DNA of 64,000 bases from Scenedesmus sp. PABB004 (GCA_014905635.1 JABVCE010000016.1:62001-126000); one strand, 5' to 3'. Positions 1-16,133 are shown, counted from the stretch's first letter. Program-made: numbers and translations. The notes: generated by a model from the sequence alone, not told the origin.

Positions 1-32
1 GCCCGCCCGCCCGCCGCGGCCGCCGCGGCCGC

Positions 33-2999
<2,967 letters not shown>

Positions 3000-3306
3000 T
3001 TTTCCGGCGTGCGGCGTGTGCGGGCGCCTGCGGCGGCGGGACGAGCGGGCTGGCGGTGGCGCGGGCGTCCAATTGTGGCGGCGCGCACGCCTGGCGCTCA
3101 CTTCGCGACACTGATCTCGCGGGTAACTTGGGCAGCTGTCATTTTCCTGCGCAGCCGCGCGGCTCCCCGCGCCGCCGAACGCGCGCCCGCGCCCTCAATT
3201 GCCTCGCCACGCTGGCGCGGCGGCAGGCGCGCCGGCGCCGGAGCCCCCCGCGCTGCCGGTGCCGCGGACACCGCCGCCGACACACCGTCGCGCCGCTCAG
3301 GGCCGC

Positions 3307-5176
3307 TCAGCGGCCCTGCTTGGTCTCCTGCATCGCCTTCCACATCGCAGCCACGACTGCGGGGCGGCGGCGGTGACCGCTCAGCACTCGGCCGCTCAGC
3401 GGCGGGGCGGCGCGGCCGCCCGCGCGGCGCGCGGCGCGCGTACGCGGGCCGATGTCGGGGTGCTCGAGCCAGCGCGAGATGACTGCAGGGCTGTTGGGGT
3501 TGTCACTGATCTCCTTGATGGCCTTGTAGAACTGAGGGGGGGGGGGGGGGTGGACACAGCGGCGGCGGCGGGGCGCGCGTCCGCGTTGCGCGGGCGCCGC
3601 GCCGCGCGGGCGTACCAGCACCGCGCCGCGACGCGTGCAGCGCGCGGCGCGCCGCGCGCCTCGGGGTGCTTCTGCGCGGCCGCGACGACGCTCGGGTCGG
3701 CGAGGCGTGAGAGGACGCTCATGTCGATGGCGCCCATTGCGCTCGACCCCCACGCCGCCCGGAAGCGCTGCGCCAGCGGGTATTGTGTGTGTGGGTGGGG
3801 GGGGGGGGGGGGGGGCGTTGGCGAGCAGGCGAGGGCGTGGCGCGCAGGCCCGCTCGCAGGCTGGGGAGGGGAGGGGCGCAGCGGGGCGGGGGTGGCGGCC
3901 GCACCGAGAGGAAGGCCTGGTGCGTGGCGGGGTCGGCGCTCGCGCGGCGCTCCTCCTCCAGGATCGACCGGTACTGCGCCAGGCTCGCCGCCAGCCTGCC
4001 CGGCGGGCGGCGCGCGACGCGCGCGGCGCGCGCGTGAGGCCCCCGCCCCTCAAACACATATGACACGGGGCCCCGCCGCGGCGGCGCCGCCGCGAGCCGC
4101 CGCGCCCCGGGCACGCAACAACGCCGCCGCGCACCCCTCAAACATGACGGCGAGCGTGAAGCCGCCCTCGAGCATCTGTGCGTTGACGTAGCGCAGGTAC
4201 TCGCGCGCCGCGGCGTCGTCGCACAGCTCCAGGCGCTTCATAAAGATCTGGCGGGGGTGTTTTGAGTGTGGCGGAGGGGCAGCGCAGCGCGTGAGTGCCG
4301 AACCGCCGCCGGCGCCCCAACGGCGGCGGGGCGTGCGGGGATCGGCGGGGCGTGTGGGGGATCGGAGCTCCCACCGCCGCGCGCCGCGCCGCACCTTGTA
4401 GCGCTCGGTGCCCTCCTCCATCTGCGGCGGCGGCGGCGGGCGCCGGGCGGGCGGGCGTCGGCCGCGCGGGCGCGGCGCGGCGGCGGCAGGGCCCGCGGCG
4501 GCGGTGGCACGCCGCAGGTGCCGTGGCACGCGCCATCAGCGGCCGTGGCCGGCGCCGCCGGCGGCCGTGGCATGCTGCAGGTGCCGCGTCACCTTGTCCA
4601 GGAACATCTCCTTGCCGGCGAGGTCAAAGTCGGGGAAGCGCGCGGCCATCATGCTCAGCGAGCGCAGCTCCGTCATGATGCTGCGCCAGCGCCAGCGGCA
4701 GCGGCGGCGGCGGCGGCGGCGGCGGCGGTCGCGGTCGCGGTCGCGGTCGGCTCCGCACGGGCGCCCCGCCCCGCGTCGCCCCGCGGCGGGGCGCACCTGT
4801 CGAACTCCTTGACCACCAGCTCGCTCTGGAAGACCTTGGACTTGAAGAGATTGTCATACGCCTCGCCGTAGTCGCCGCCCGCGGCGGGGACGCGGCCTGG
4901 GGCGCGCGCGCGGCGCGGCGCCAGTCGGCGCCGCATGCATGCGGCCTGTCGGTGCCGCGCGCACGCCGCGCCCGCACCGGCGAGCCGCGACGGGCGCAGC
5001 TGCTGCTGCGGCCACTGCAGCTGCAGCGGCTGCCGCCACTCCAGCGCGACGCCAGCGCCGCCGCCACGCGCTGCTGCGGGCGCCGCTGCGCTCGCGCCCG
5101 GCGGCCGCCGCGGCGCGCCGCACGCCGGGCAGAGCGCCGCGCGCGGGACGTGCAACGAGGGCGCCGCGCAGCGCAT
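3307..5176 (-). CDS. Plastid-targeted DUF1825-like protein with a C-terminal STI1-like helical region
   Basis: Transit-like N-terminus, then FKSKVFQSELVVKEFD..FPDFDLAGKEMFLDKMEEGTERYKIFMKRLELCDD, resembling cyanobacterial DUF1825 as recalled. C-terminal exons read FYKAIKEISDNPNSPAVISRWLEHPDIGP. Spliced. Confidence 0.75.
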
Positions 5177-5558
5177 TTTTGTGCTGTCGTGCAGGGCAGG
5201 CGGCGGCAGCAGCGGCGACGCTCGTGTGGCGCGCTCGCGCTCGTGGGCGAGCGGTGGGGCGTGGGCGATCGGCGTGTAGGAGCGACTTGCCGTGAGTGCG
5301 GTGGCGGCTCGACGACCTCTGCGCTCCCCGGGGATGCGAAGAGCCGCGGTGCACCGAGAATCGCTCCGGGCCGCGCACTCCAGGCCGCAGGACTGCGTGC
5401 CGTGGCGCACACGCATCCGCTGCACTGTGTAGATTGCCTCGGCGTGGCCGCCGCGCCGCCTAGCGAGCAGCTGCCCGGCGCGCGGCGGCAGCAGCAGCAG
5501 CGGCGCCGCTGCCGCAGCAGCGCAGCGACCGGCAGCGCCGCCACCCTCCAGGCACGCC

Positions 5559-8291
5559 ATGTACCCGCACATCCCGCAGCCGGGTGTCGCGGGCGGCGCG
5601 TCGCCCTACCCGGCCGTGCCGGCGCCGCTCGCGCCGGCGCAGCAGCAGGGCCAGCCGCACCCGCAGCAGGCGCCGCAGCCTTACCTGCAGCAGCAGCCGG
5701 GGCAGCCCTACCCGCAGCACCAGCAGGCGCCGCAGCCGTACCCGCAGCACCCGCAGGCGGCGCAGCCGTACCCGCAGCACCCGCAGCAGGTGCAGCCCTA
5801 CCCGCAGCAGGCACCGCCGCCGTACTCCCAGCAGCCGCAGCCGTACCCGCAGCAGCCGCAGCCGTACCCGCAGCAGCCGCTGCAGCACGCGGCGACGGCG
5901 CCGCCGCCGGCGGCGCGCCTGTACCCGCCCGTGCCGCCGCCGCTGCCGTTCAGCGCGCCGCCGGCGTCGGTGCCGCACGGCTACGACGTGCTGGTCTACA
6001 TCCAGCAGGCGACGGGCCTGCCCGCGTGCGACTGGTGGAACGGCCTCGCCGACCCCTACGTGCTCATCCACAGCTACACCGCGACCGGCGAGCAGCTGCA
6101 GGAGTACCGGTGCGGCAGATGCGGCGGCCGCGGCGGCGGCGGCAGCTGCGTGGCGACGTGGCCGCGCGGTGGCGGGCGCGCCCGGCGGCGGCGCGGGGCG
6201 TGAGGGCGGCGCCGACGCGCCGCACGCGCCGCACGCGGCGCGCGCGCAGCACGCGCACGGTGCACAAGAGCCTCAACCCGACGTGGGATGAGTTCTTTGA
6301 GCTCGGCAACCTCCCCGCCGGCTCCTACCTGCAGGCGCGGGGACGCGGGAGCGCGGGGCGGGGGCGGGGCCGCGCTCGCGGCTGATCTGGCGGCTGGGCG
6401 GGCTTGCGGGCCGCGCTCTCCCGCGCCCGTGGCCGTCGCGCGCCGGGCCGCTCACGCGGGGCAGCGCGGCCCGCCGGCCGCAGGTGGAGGTGTGGGACAA
6501 GGACGTGGTGACGGAGGATGACATAATCGGCCGCGCCAACTGGACCTTTGCGCCCGGCGCGGTGCGGCCGCGCGCCGCCCCGCCGCGGCCGCCGCGCCGT
6601 GGCCGCGCCCCGCCCGGCGCGAGCGCGCGCCGCGCCGAGCCGCGCCGCGCAGCTGCTCCCGGCGACGACCGCGGGCGGCGGCATCCTCGGCGGTGACGCG
6701 ACGTGGGGCCGCACGCTCGTGGAGCTGCGCCTCGCGCACCCGACCAAGGGCGCGCGCAAGAGCACCGGCACGATGCACTTTGAGGCGCGCGCGCGGCCGG
6801 CGCGACCCCGCCGCCGGCCCCTCGCCGACGGCCCCGCGGCCCCCCGCCCGCCGCGCCCCCGACGCCGCGCCCCGCGCCCGCCGCCGCCGCGCCCCCGCCG
6901 CCGCCGCCCCGCAGGTCGTGTTCCGGCCCTCGGCCGCGCCCGGCCGGCCGCGCATGCTCGGCCCGGTGCGCTTCAAGCAGCACCTCAGCACCGCGGCAGG
7001 CGTGCTGATGGGCAACTGGGCGAGCGCCGACACGATGTGCTTCAGTACATACAAGCTCTACCTCACCCACATCAGCGAGGTCTTTGGCTCCCTGCGCATG
7101 CCCTGGAACAGGCAGTACGACAAGGTGCGCGGGCGGGGCGGGGGGTGGGGGTGTGGGCGTGGCCTGGTGGGCGCTTCGGGGGGCGGGCAGGAGAGGGAGG
7201 GAGGGAGGCGGCGGCCCGCGCGCCGCCCGCCGCTCACGCGCGGCGCGCGGCGGGCGTGTGGCGCCGCGACCGCAGGCGGCGGCGATCTTCAAGAGCCCGC
7301 TGATGCTCGGCACGGTGCGCACGCAGCACGCCACGCTCTACGCGACCACGCTCGGCTCCAGCCGGTGCGCGCCGCCGCGCCGCAGCCGCCGCAGCCGCGC
7401 CGCGCCTCGGCCGCCGCACCGCCGCCGCGCGCCGCGCCGCCGCGCTCGCCGCGCGCCACGCCGCCGCGCTCGCCCCGCGCCGCGCCGCGCCACGCCCACC
7501 GCGCCTACACCCCCCCCCCCCCCCCCGGCACACACACACGCGCGCGCCCCGCAGCTGCGGCGTGCTCACGAGCGCGGCCGACTTCTTCGAGCTGTTCAAG
7601 CACGGCCGCCGCGGCGGGCAGTGCCGATACTTCACATACGCCCTGCTGCCCGACAGCCTGCGCTGCAGCGAGACGGCGCGCGCGGCGGCGGCGGCGCGGC
7701 GCGGGGCGCGGCGCGAGCAGCCAGCACGCCGCGCGGGGCGCGGGCGCGCGGGCGCGCGGCAGCGCGGGCGGCTGGCGACGGCGCGCGCCCGCGCCCGCGC
7801 TGCCGCCCGTCTGCAGGGCGCCGCGTTCCTTCGGGACATGATGTCAAAACACGCGATGCACGCGGGCGGCGAGGAGGAGGTGCTGTACGCGGGTGCGGCG
7901 GCGCGGCGCGCAAGGCGTGCGTGGTGTGTGCGTGTGGGTGTGTGTTTGTGTGCGTGTGAAGGAGAGGGGTCGGCGCGCTCCCGCGGCGCGCCCGACGGCG
8001 CCCGCGCCCGCCCGACGGCGCCCGCGTCCACCGCGCGCTGCCGCGTCCGCCGCCCGCCTCGGCGCAGGCGAGTTTGCGATCTTTGACGCCCCCGGCGCGC
8101 CGGGCGGGTCGAAGCTCGTGGTCGACAACAACAGCGGCACGTACGCGCCTGCGGCGCGCGGCCTGCCCCTCATGGCCCGCCTCTTTACCGCCAACTTCCC
8201 CGACATGGCCGTCGAGGTGCTCGACGTCAAGGCCGACGCCGCCGCGCTCGGCCGCTACCACGCGCTCTGCCCCAGCCGCGCGGCGGCCTGA
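5559..8291 (+). CDS. C2-domain protein with an N-terminal PYPQQ low-complexity region and a conserved C-terminal domain
   Basis: C2 motifs LPACDWWNGLADPYV, TRTVHKSLNPTWDEFF and VEVWDKDVVTEDDIIG. C-terminal FTYALL..SETGAAFLRDMMSKHAMH..AGEF..VVDNNSGTYAP. ATG 5559, TGA 8289-8291. Confidence 0.85.
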
Positions 8292-8380
8292 GGCGCGGCG
8301 CGCGCTCTGCGCCAGCCGCGCAGCGGCTTGAGGCGGGGCTCGCGCTCTGCGCCAGCCGCGCCGCGGCCTGAGGCGCGCGG
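8261..8380 (+). repeat. Three tandem copies of a 40-bp unit spanning the C2-gene stop codon
   Basis: Units start at 8261, 8301 and 8341: cgcgctctgc(c/g)ccagccgcgc.gcggc.tgaggcg... Confidence 0.9.
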
Positions 8381-9045
8381 CGCGGCGCGCGGCGCGGCCG
8401 GCTAAACACTTGTGCGATTCATTCCTTTGCACACGCGCGCGCGCCGTTTGAGGAGGCCGCCCCTGGTTTGTACACTGAACTGTGTGTGAGGGGCTCGCAC
8501 CAGCGCCTGAGGTGACACACTCGCCCCACACTCGCCCCCGGCGGCCGCGCGCGTCCGTCGTTTTGCGAGCGGCGGCGCAGGTCTTTGGCGCACGCGCCGT
8601 CAGCGGCGTCGCCTGAGCGCGACGCCTTGCCATCCCCGCACACCCACCCCCACCAGCGCGCCGCGCGCGCCCGACACGCCTGCAGCGGCGCAGCAGCATC
8701 AGAGTACAGGTGCCGAGTCTGCGGCTCACGCGCGCTCGTCGCGTGCGCATTTGGGGCTCTGAGCATCAGCGCGGGAGAGAAAGCGGCGGGGCGGCAGCAG
8801 GGCAGGCTGGGCGCGCGCGCTCGATCATCACCCGGCAGCGGCGGCAGCTGCGGGCGCCGGCGCCGCCGCGCGACCGTGCGACGCACGCGTCTGCGTTGTG
8901 CCTCCCGCCACGTAGCGGCGTGCCGTCGCCAGCGCGCCGGCGCTGCCGGCGGCGCGCGCCAGGCAGCAGCGACCTAGCGCGCCCGCTGCCCCGCCCGCCC
9001 CGCCGCCGCCCGCGCAGCGGCGGCGCCGCGGCGCCGGGGGGCGCC

Positions 9046-12000
9046 ATGCCGACCACCGACCTGCTCAAGACGTTTGGCCTGAGCCGCAACCCGTTCACGG
9101 ACCGCACCGCGGAGAAGACAGCGCACGATGAGACCAGCCTGTACATCCACTCCGACCTGCGCGCGTTCAGGCCCAACGACACCACGTGCGCGCCGCGGCG
9201 TCGCGGCTGCGCTCCCTCCCGCTGCCCCGCCGGCCGGCACGGCCGACGGCGGCGGCGGCACGGCGCGGGCGTGGGCGCGCGCGGCGGCACGCGCCACACC
9301 GCCGCCGCACCGCGCCGCGCCGGCGCAGGTATGTGTTCTTCGGCAAGCGCGGCTCCGGCAAGACCACGATCCGGCTGCAGCAGGAGGCGGCGTACCGCGC
9401 GCACAACGCGGCCGCGGTGGCGGGCGGCGGCTCGCAGGGCCACTTCATGGTGGACCTCTCAAAGCCCGGCCACCTCACCGCCTGCCTCACCCAGTTCCAG
9501 GCCTGCATAGGCAGCTCGCAGGACAACTGGGACGCCGCGTTCCAGGCGCGCGCCCGCCGGCGGCGGCGGCCGGGGGGCGCCGCGCCGCGGCGCGGGCGCC
9601 GAGCCCCCCGCGGCCCCGCGCCCCGCGCCCTGCACCGACCAGGCTGCCGCCGCCGCCGCGGCCGCCGCCGTGCCGCCGCCGCGCGTGAACCCCTGGACTC
9701 CGCAGGAGGCGTGGACGAGCAGCGACATGGTCGACTGCATCCTGTCTTACGCTGCGACGCGGCTGGTGGGGCAGGTCACGGCCAACGACGCGACGGCGCG
9801 GCGCATGCTCGACGTGCTGCGCGGCGACCCGCGCGCCGCGCAGCAGTTCCTGCTGCTCGCGCACCTCTACGCGCGCACCGACGCCAACACGCTCGCCTGG
9901 CTGCGCGCGGTGCTCGTGCGCGCAAAGTGCGGCGGCGCGCGCGTCGCGGCGCGGCGGCGCGCGGCGCAGGCCGGGCCGGCGGCGCGCCGAGAGCCCCGCG
10001 CCGCGTGCGCCCCCGGTCGGAAGGCGCGTCCGCCCGCTGGCCTCACCGCCGCCCGCCCGCTGCCGTGCGCCGCCGCCGCCGCCGCCGGGGGCAGGTACAC
10101 GCCGACGCAGGTCGCGGCTGGCGTGGGCGTCGCGGCGACGGTCGCGGCGGGCGGGCTCGCGGCGCTGCGCGACCCGGACGTGCTGGACGCGCTGTCGGCG
10201 CCGGCGGAGCGCGTGTGGGAGCAGCTGGAGGCGGTCGCGCCGCCGCTCGCGAGCCACCCCAAGCTCGTGCTGGGGGGGCTGGGCCTCGCCGTGCTCGGTG
10301 GCGCGCTGCTGTGGAGGTGCGTGGCGGGCGCGCGGCGCTGCCGACCGCGCGCGGGCAGCGCCGACGCCGACGCGCCGCGCCGCCCCGCCCGCAGGCGGGG
10401 CTGCAGCGCGGCGAGCATCGGCCGCGCCGCGGAGCTGCAGGCGCAGGTCCGCGTCGTCAAGCAGCAGCCGCCCGCCGTGCTCGCCTCGCTCCTCGACAGC
10501 CAGTTCAGCAGCCAGGTGCGGCGCGCCCCGCCGCCGAGCGCTGCCGCGGAGGCGCCGCGCAGCCGTCGGCGCGCGCGCCGCTGAGGCGTGCCGCCGCCGC
10601 TGCCGCTGCCGACGCCCGCGCCCGCGCGCACGCGCGCCCGCGCGCGCTTGCAGGACAAGCCCGACACGATCCGGCTGCTCGTGCTCGGCGTGAGCGCGCA
10701 CCAGAAGCTGGAGCTGCTGGAGCGCCTCGTCGTGCAGCTCGGCTACGAGAGCGTCACCGTCTTTGGCGACTGCTTCGACGAGGCGCGCGCGCCGGCCGGC
10801 GCCCGCTGCGCCGCCCGCTGCGCCCCGCTCCCTCCCCCCCACCGCGAGCCTGCTCGCGCCCGCCGCGTCGCGTCGACGCCCCCGCGCCGCGCGCCGCCGC
10901 GCTGCCGCGCCGCCGCGCCGCGCACACCGCCGCGCCGCCGCGCCGCGCGCTGTGCCATCAGGTCACGCTGCTCGACCCGGTGCGCTTCCCGGGCGCGATC
11001 AAGGTCTTTGCGCGTGAGATCTGCCGCAACGACCTCCTCAACTTTGGCCGCCTTCACTTTTTCTTCCCAGACTCGCGGTGCGGCGGCGGCGGCGCGCCCG
11101 CCCGCCCGCCGCGCCGCCTGCGGCCGCGCGCTGGGCCGCGCCGCGCCCGCTGCGCGCCCTCTGCCCACGCGCCCGCGCCGCCGCCCACGCCGCGCGGCAG
11201 GCTGGCACTGGACCTGAGCACCGACAAGACGCTCAAGGAGGCGCGCTTTGACCGCCACTTTGTGCGCGGTGCGCCCCGGGGCTTAGGGTTTGACGAGGGG
11301 GTGCCCTGAGCGGAGCCGCCGGGGCAGAGCCCCTCTTGAGCCAAGGGGCCGTCCCGCCCGGCGCCGGCAGCGCGGCGGCGGGCCCCGCGGGTCCTCGTGC
11401 GCCAGCGGCCGATGCTGAGCCCGCTCCGCGCGCCGCGCCGCGGCGCGCAGACCTCGTGTGGTCGCGGCACCAGCTGGAGGAGCTCGCGGAGCGGCGCTTC
11501 CGCGCGGCGCAGGTGTGCGGCGCGCGCGCGCGCCCCTGCCCCCGCGTGCCAAGACGTTCGCCCACACGCGTGCGGCTTCGCAGCGCTCCGCGCGCCGCGG
11601 CCGTCCCACGCGGCCGCGGCCGTGCCGCCGCTGTGCCGCAGGACGCGCTCAAGGCCGAGGCCGCCGCCATGGGCGCGGCGTACCTCGCGGGCGACCCCGA
11701 CGCCGCCGAGGCGGCGGCGACGAGCTTCGCAGACCTCTTTAAAAAGGCACGGCAGCAGCAGAGCGCCGCGCCGGCCCCGGCACCCGCCGGTGCTGGCGCA
11801 GTGCCGCGGCGCGCGCCCGCCCCGTGCCTCTGGCCGCCCGTTCGCTCGGCGCCCTCCTCTCGCCCTGCCGATCGCGCCGCCGTCCGCGCCGCGCGTCCGC
11901 CCGCGCGTCCGCCCGGCACGGCCCGCCCGCCCGCAGGTGCGTGGCGAGGACTTTTCGTCGTACCTGTCCAAGCTCTCCACGCCGCGCGAGCTGCTGATCA

Positions 12001-12283
12001 TGATGACCGAGATGTTTGCGCGCATCGAGGCGCACCCCGAGGGCGGCCTCACGGCGCAGGACATGGAGATCGCAGTCACAAAGGTGGGAACAAGGCGAGA
12101 GGAGGGAGGCGGGGGAGGGAGGGAGGTGGGAGGAGGGGAGGCGGAGGCCGTGCCGCGGCCGCCCGCGGGGCGCTGCGGAGCGCTGCGGAGCGCGCCGCGC
12201 CCTCGGCCGCCGGCCGCCCACGCCGCCGCGTGGCGTGACGCGCCGTCTCGCACCGCCCGCAGGCGCTGGAGCAGGCGGTCTGA
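9046..12283 (+). CDS. Uncharacterised P-loop NTPase (STAND/KAP-like) with hydrophobic segments between Walker A and Walker B
   Basis: Starts MPTTDLLKTFGLSRNPF; Walker A YVFFGKRGSGKT; Walker B VTVFGDCFDE; later LVWSRHQLEELAERRF and LSTPRELL. About 12 exons; TGA 12281-12283; TGTAA at 12367. Confidence 0.8.
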
Positions 12284-12366
12284 GAGAGGCGGGCGGGCGC
12301 GGCTGGCGTCAACGTCGGGGGGGGGGGGGGGGCTCGGCGGGGCTGGCGCGCGCGCGGTGGAGCTGC

Positions 12367-12393
12367 TGTAACCGGTCTACTGCACGAGTTACA
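12367..12393. promoter_or_regulatory. Opposed TGTAA polyadenylation signals of convergent genes
   Basis: TGTAA on + at 12367-12371 and on - at 12389-12393, between the stops at 12283 (+) and 12999 (-). TGTAA is the known chlorophyte poly(A) signal. Confidence 0.6.
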
Positions 12394-12480
12394 GGCGCGC
12401 CTACCCCCCGCCCGCGCTGGCACGGACGTCGGGCTGCAGCGCGCCTGGCAGGCCTCGTGGCGACAAAGAAGCAAGCGACA

Positions 12481-12553
12481 GTGTGTGCGTGTATGTGTAT
12501 GTGTGTGTGTGAGTGTGTGTGTATGTGTGTGTGTATGTGTGTGTGTGTGTGTG
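12481..12553. repeat. Imperfect (GT)n microsatellite
   Basis: gtgtgtgcgtgtatgtgt... run. Confidence 0.9.
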
Positions 12554-12998
12554 CGCCAGGGCCCCCAGGGGGCACCGCAGTGTCGCCGCCCGCCCGCCTC
12601 CACGCCGCCGACCAGGGGGGTCGGCGCATGCGCGCGACGCGCTGCCAGTGCTGTGCGCAGCGAATTGAAGCAGCCGCGTTTAGATTCGCGACACGTCACT
12701 CTCGAACAATTCAAACACTGTGCCGCTCCGCCCCCGCGATCGCTTGGACCCCATTCGCGTGCGGCATTTCCAGACTGTGCCACACGCCTGATTGAGCCGT
12801 CCGTCCCAAGAACCATCCCCGCGCTGTGGCGGCAGAGCCCGAGCCAGCCGCGGTGCTTATTGCCGAGGCAACGGCGCACTGGCCCACCCGGCCGACCCTC
12901 ACAGGTTTGTTGGCACATGAAAAGAACAGAAAACCCTCCGCCGGGGCTCGCGCAACAGCGGTTGCGTGCGCAACAGGCCGCCGCGCGCCGCGCCATCA

Positions 12999-14928
12999 TC
13001 ACTTCCGGCCGCGAGCGCGGCGGGACTTGCCCGAGGCGGCGGCGCCGGCCGCGCCGGCGGCAGCGGCCGCCGCGGCGGACGCGGCGGACGCGGCGGCCGC
13101 GGCGTCGGCCGCGCGCTGCCTCTCCACGCGCTCCGTGAGCTCCTGGGCGACCGCCGACATCGCGGCCGGGTAGCTGCGGCAGCAGCGCGGGGCGGGCGGC
13201 GCGGCGCGGGGCGGGCGCGGGCGCGGGTGAGCGCGGCGCGGGTGGGCGCGCAGGCCGCGCGGCGGCCGCACACGCAGCGGCGCGGCACGGCGGCGGCGGC
13301 GTCGCGGCGGCGGCGCCGTTCGCTCACGGGAAGATTGCGACCATGAGGCGGGCGGACTGCAGCCACGTGAGGTTGGCTGAGACCCAGCCGCTGAGGCAGG
13401 CTTTGAGGAACAGCTCCTGACGCAGGCGCCGGCCGGCCGGGGCGTGCAAACGTTGGCGCCCAGGAGGGTAGGGGGCGTCGCGCGCCCCCGCGGCCGGGCC
13501 GGCCCCGGCCTGGCGCGCGCGCGCGTGTGCCGGCACCGGCGCCGCACCTTCTTGAGCAGCGTGCTGAGGCTGGTGACCTTGCGCTGCTGCTTCTTCAGGG
13601 CCGACGTGCGAGCGGGGAAGCAGTCGGCGAGCTCGCCGCCGCCGCCGCCGCCCGGCGCCGGCGGCGCCGCGCGCGCCGACGTCTCCGCCGCGGCCTGGGT
13701 GAACCCGCGCGTCTGCAGCTGCTGCCGGTCCTGCACGAGCGGGACCAGCAAGCGCTTGAACAGGGCAAAGCCGTCGGCAATGCGCTGCGCCTGCGCGGGG
13801 GTGATGTCGACCTGCGATACCGCGGCCGCGATCGTGTCCAGCTGCGACGCCTCGACTGCGCGGCGGCGGCGGCGGCGGCGGCGGGTGAGGGCGGCGCGGC
13901 GGGGTGAGAGGCGCCGCCGCCGCCCCGCCGCCGGCCGCGCGCGGCGCGCACCGACCGGCGCGGCGGCCGCGGCGCGGCGCGGCGCGGCGCGCACCGACTT
14001 CGCCGGTGAGGCAGTTTGAGACGTAGAAGGCCATCAGCGTGTCGTGCCGCCCCGCGAGCAGGAGGCTGGTCATGGTGCCCCAGTGCCGCATGAGCAGGCG
14101 GCGCAGCGCGTCGCCCGGGCTCTCGGCGCAGCAGCTCGCCGCGACGTGGGCGGGCGAGTCGTGCAGCGCGAGCGCGAGCGAGAGCTCGCAGACCATCGTC
14201 GCGTAGTCGTCCTGCAGCTCCCGCAGCGAACGGCCCGCCTCGTCCGCGCACAGGGGCCGCGTGAGCAGCGTGCGCAGCAGGCCGGTGCCCATGTCGGCCT
14301 CGCACACGGCGTCGTGCACCGACGGCGCGCCGCCGCCCGGCGGCGGCGACGGCGGCCGCTCCTGCTGCTGCTGGTCCTGCTGCTGCTGGCCCTGCTGGTC
14401 CTGCTCCCGCTGGCCCTGCTGCGCCTGGCCCTGCTGCTCGTCCTGCGCCCCTGCCGCGCCCGCGCCGGCGAGCGCGCTGCCGCCGCCGGTGGCGGTGCTG
14501 CTGGCGCTGTTGGCGCTGCTGCTGCGCCGCAGGCCCGCCTGCGCGGGACGCGGCTCGCCGGCGTCGGCGCAGGCGCCCTCAGCGCTCGCCTCGCGTGCCG
14601 CCGGCGCCGGCGCCGCTGCGGCTGTGTCGCCGGCGCTGCCGGTGCTGAGGAAGCTGCTGCTGCACGCCGGCGCCGCGGGCAGGCTGTCGAGCTGCGCCAG
14701 CAGCTCGCGCTCGTTTGCCGCCAAGGGGGGAGGCTCGGCCTGGCCGCCGCCGCAGCCGGCGTGCTGGAGGCGCAGCCAGTGCAGCAGGTCGCAGCACTGC
14801 GCGAGCAGCGCGTGCTGGTAGACCAGCGCGCCGCGCTCCTGCTGCAGCAGCGAGAGCTGGTGCCGCTTCGCCGCCACCTCCTTGGCCATGCGCTGCCGCA
14901 CTTTGGACTGGGGGATCTTGTACGGCAT
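12999..14928 (-). CDS. Chlorophyte uncharacterised protein with an N-terminal basic/leucine-zipper-like segment
   Basis: MPYKIPQSKVRQRMAKEVAAKRHQLSLLQQERGALVYQHALL, then helical C-terminal exons (ITPAQAQRIADGFALF; LTWLQSARLMVAIFP). GT-AG introns join the exons to a stop at 12999. Confidence 0.65.
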
Positions 14929-16133
14929 CGCGCCGGCCGGCCTGCGCGGCCCCTGCCAGCGGCGGGGCGGCGCGGCGCGCGGCGCGGCGGCGTGAGCGGC
15001 GCCGGCCGGCGGCGCATCACCGGCCCGGGGCGCCTGCGCGGGCTGCCGCGGCGCCAGCAGCCGGGGCGCGCTGGCTGGCCCGCGGGCGCGGGGCCCGGGG
15101 GCCCGGCGACGGCGGGGGGCGCGTGCCCGGGGGGCGCGCACCGGCCGCCCGTCGCCGCTCGCGCTCGGTGCTGCCCGCCGGCTCACCCCAGTGACGCGCC
15201 CGTGCGCTGTGCACCGGCCGCGCACCTGCTCGCCTGGCGCAGGCCGCCGGGGAGGCCCTGGTTATGTGCCGATGATGGCGCGGCTGTGCCACCGCTGCGC
15301 GTGCTGACTCGCGGCGGCGCCCCTCGCCGGCGGGTAGATCAGTCGGTCTGCGCCTCAGTCGGTCTGCGCCCACACGGCCACGAACCGGCGCCTATCAAAT
15401 TCAGGTCACAGCGCGTGGCGGAGCACCCCGTGCTGACGGGGCGAGAGCGCGGGCCGACCGCCGGTCTGCGCGGCTCTCGGAGGGAGGCGGCGGCAGGTCG
15501 TCGCGCGGCACCGGGGGCCGCCGCCGCTGCGACGCGTCTAAACCCAGAGTGGGCCTCACAAACGGCGGCGACCCGGGGCGTTCCTGGCGGCGAGCACTGC
15601 CCGACCCAGCGGGCCGGCCGCCGCAGGCCGCCAGCCGGCGAAGGCGGCCGGCCGCGGCGCGCGCCCGCTTGCCGCGGCGAGGGGGGTGGCGCCGTCCCCC
15701 GCGCCGCCGTTGCCAACACCTGGCCGCCGCCGCTTGGCGTGGCTTTCGCTCGTACACGCGCCCGCCTGCGCGTGTGAGCCCTCGGCGCTCATCACAGCGC
15801 GGCGTCACCGACGGCGGGCGGCGTCTGTCCGGGCGCTGCTGCCTGCACACCCGCTCCCAGCCCCAGCGCCGCCGGCCACGGCGCGCACACGCTGACCTAA
15901 ACCGCTCCACGTCCCGCCCTGAGCTGCCGCAGCGCGCCCCTTCGGGTGACACCCGTCGCACCGAGCCCCGCCGGTCGCCCCGTCGGCCTGCAGCGAGGCG
16001 TTCTGCCGTTGGCGTCGAGCTGGGAGCGGTCGCCCAGCGACCGGCGGCCCGCGACGCGCGCGTCGCGTGGCGGGCAGCAGCGCCGTCTGCTCGGCCTCTT
16101 TCTGCTGGAGGCGCCGTGCTGGAGCCGCCAGCC

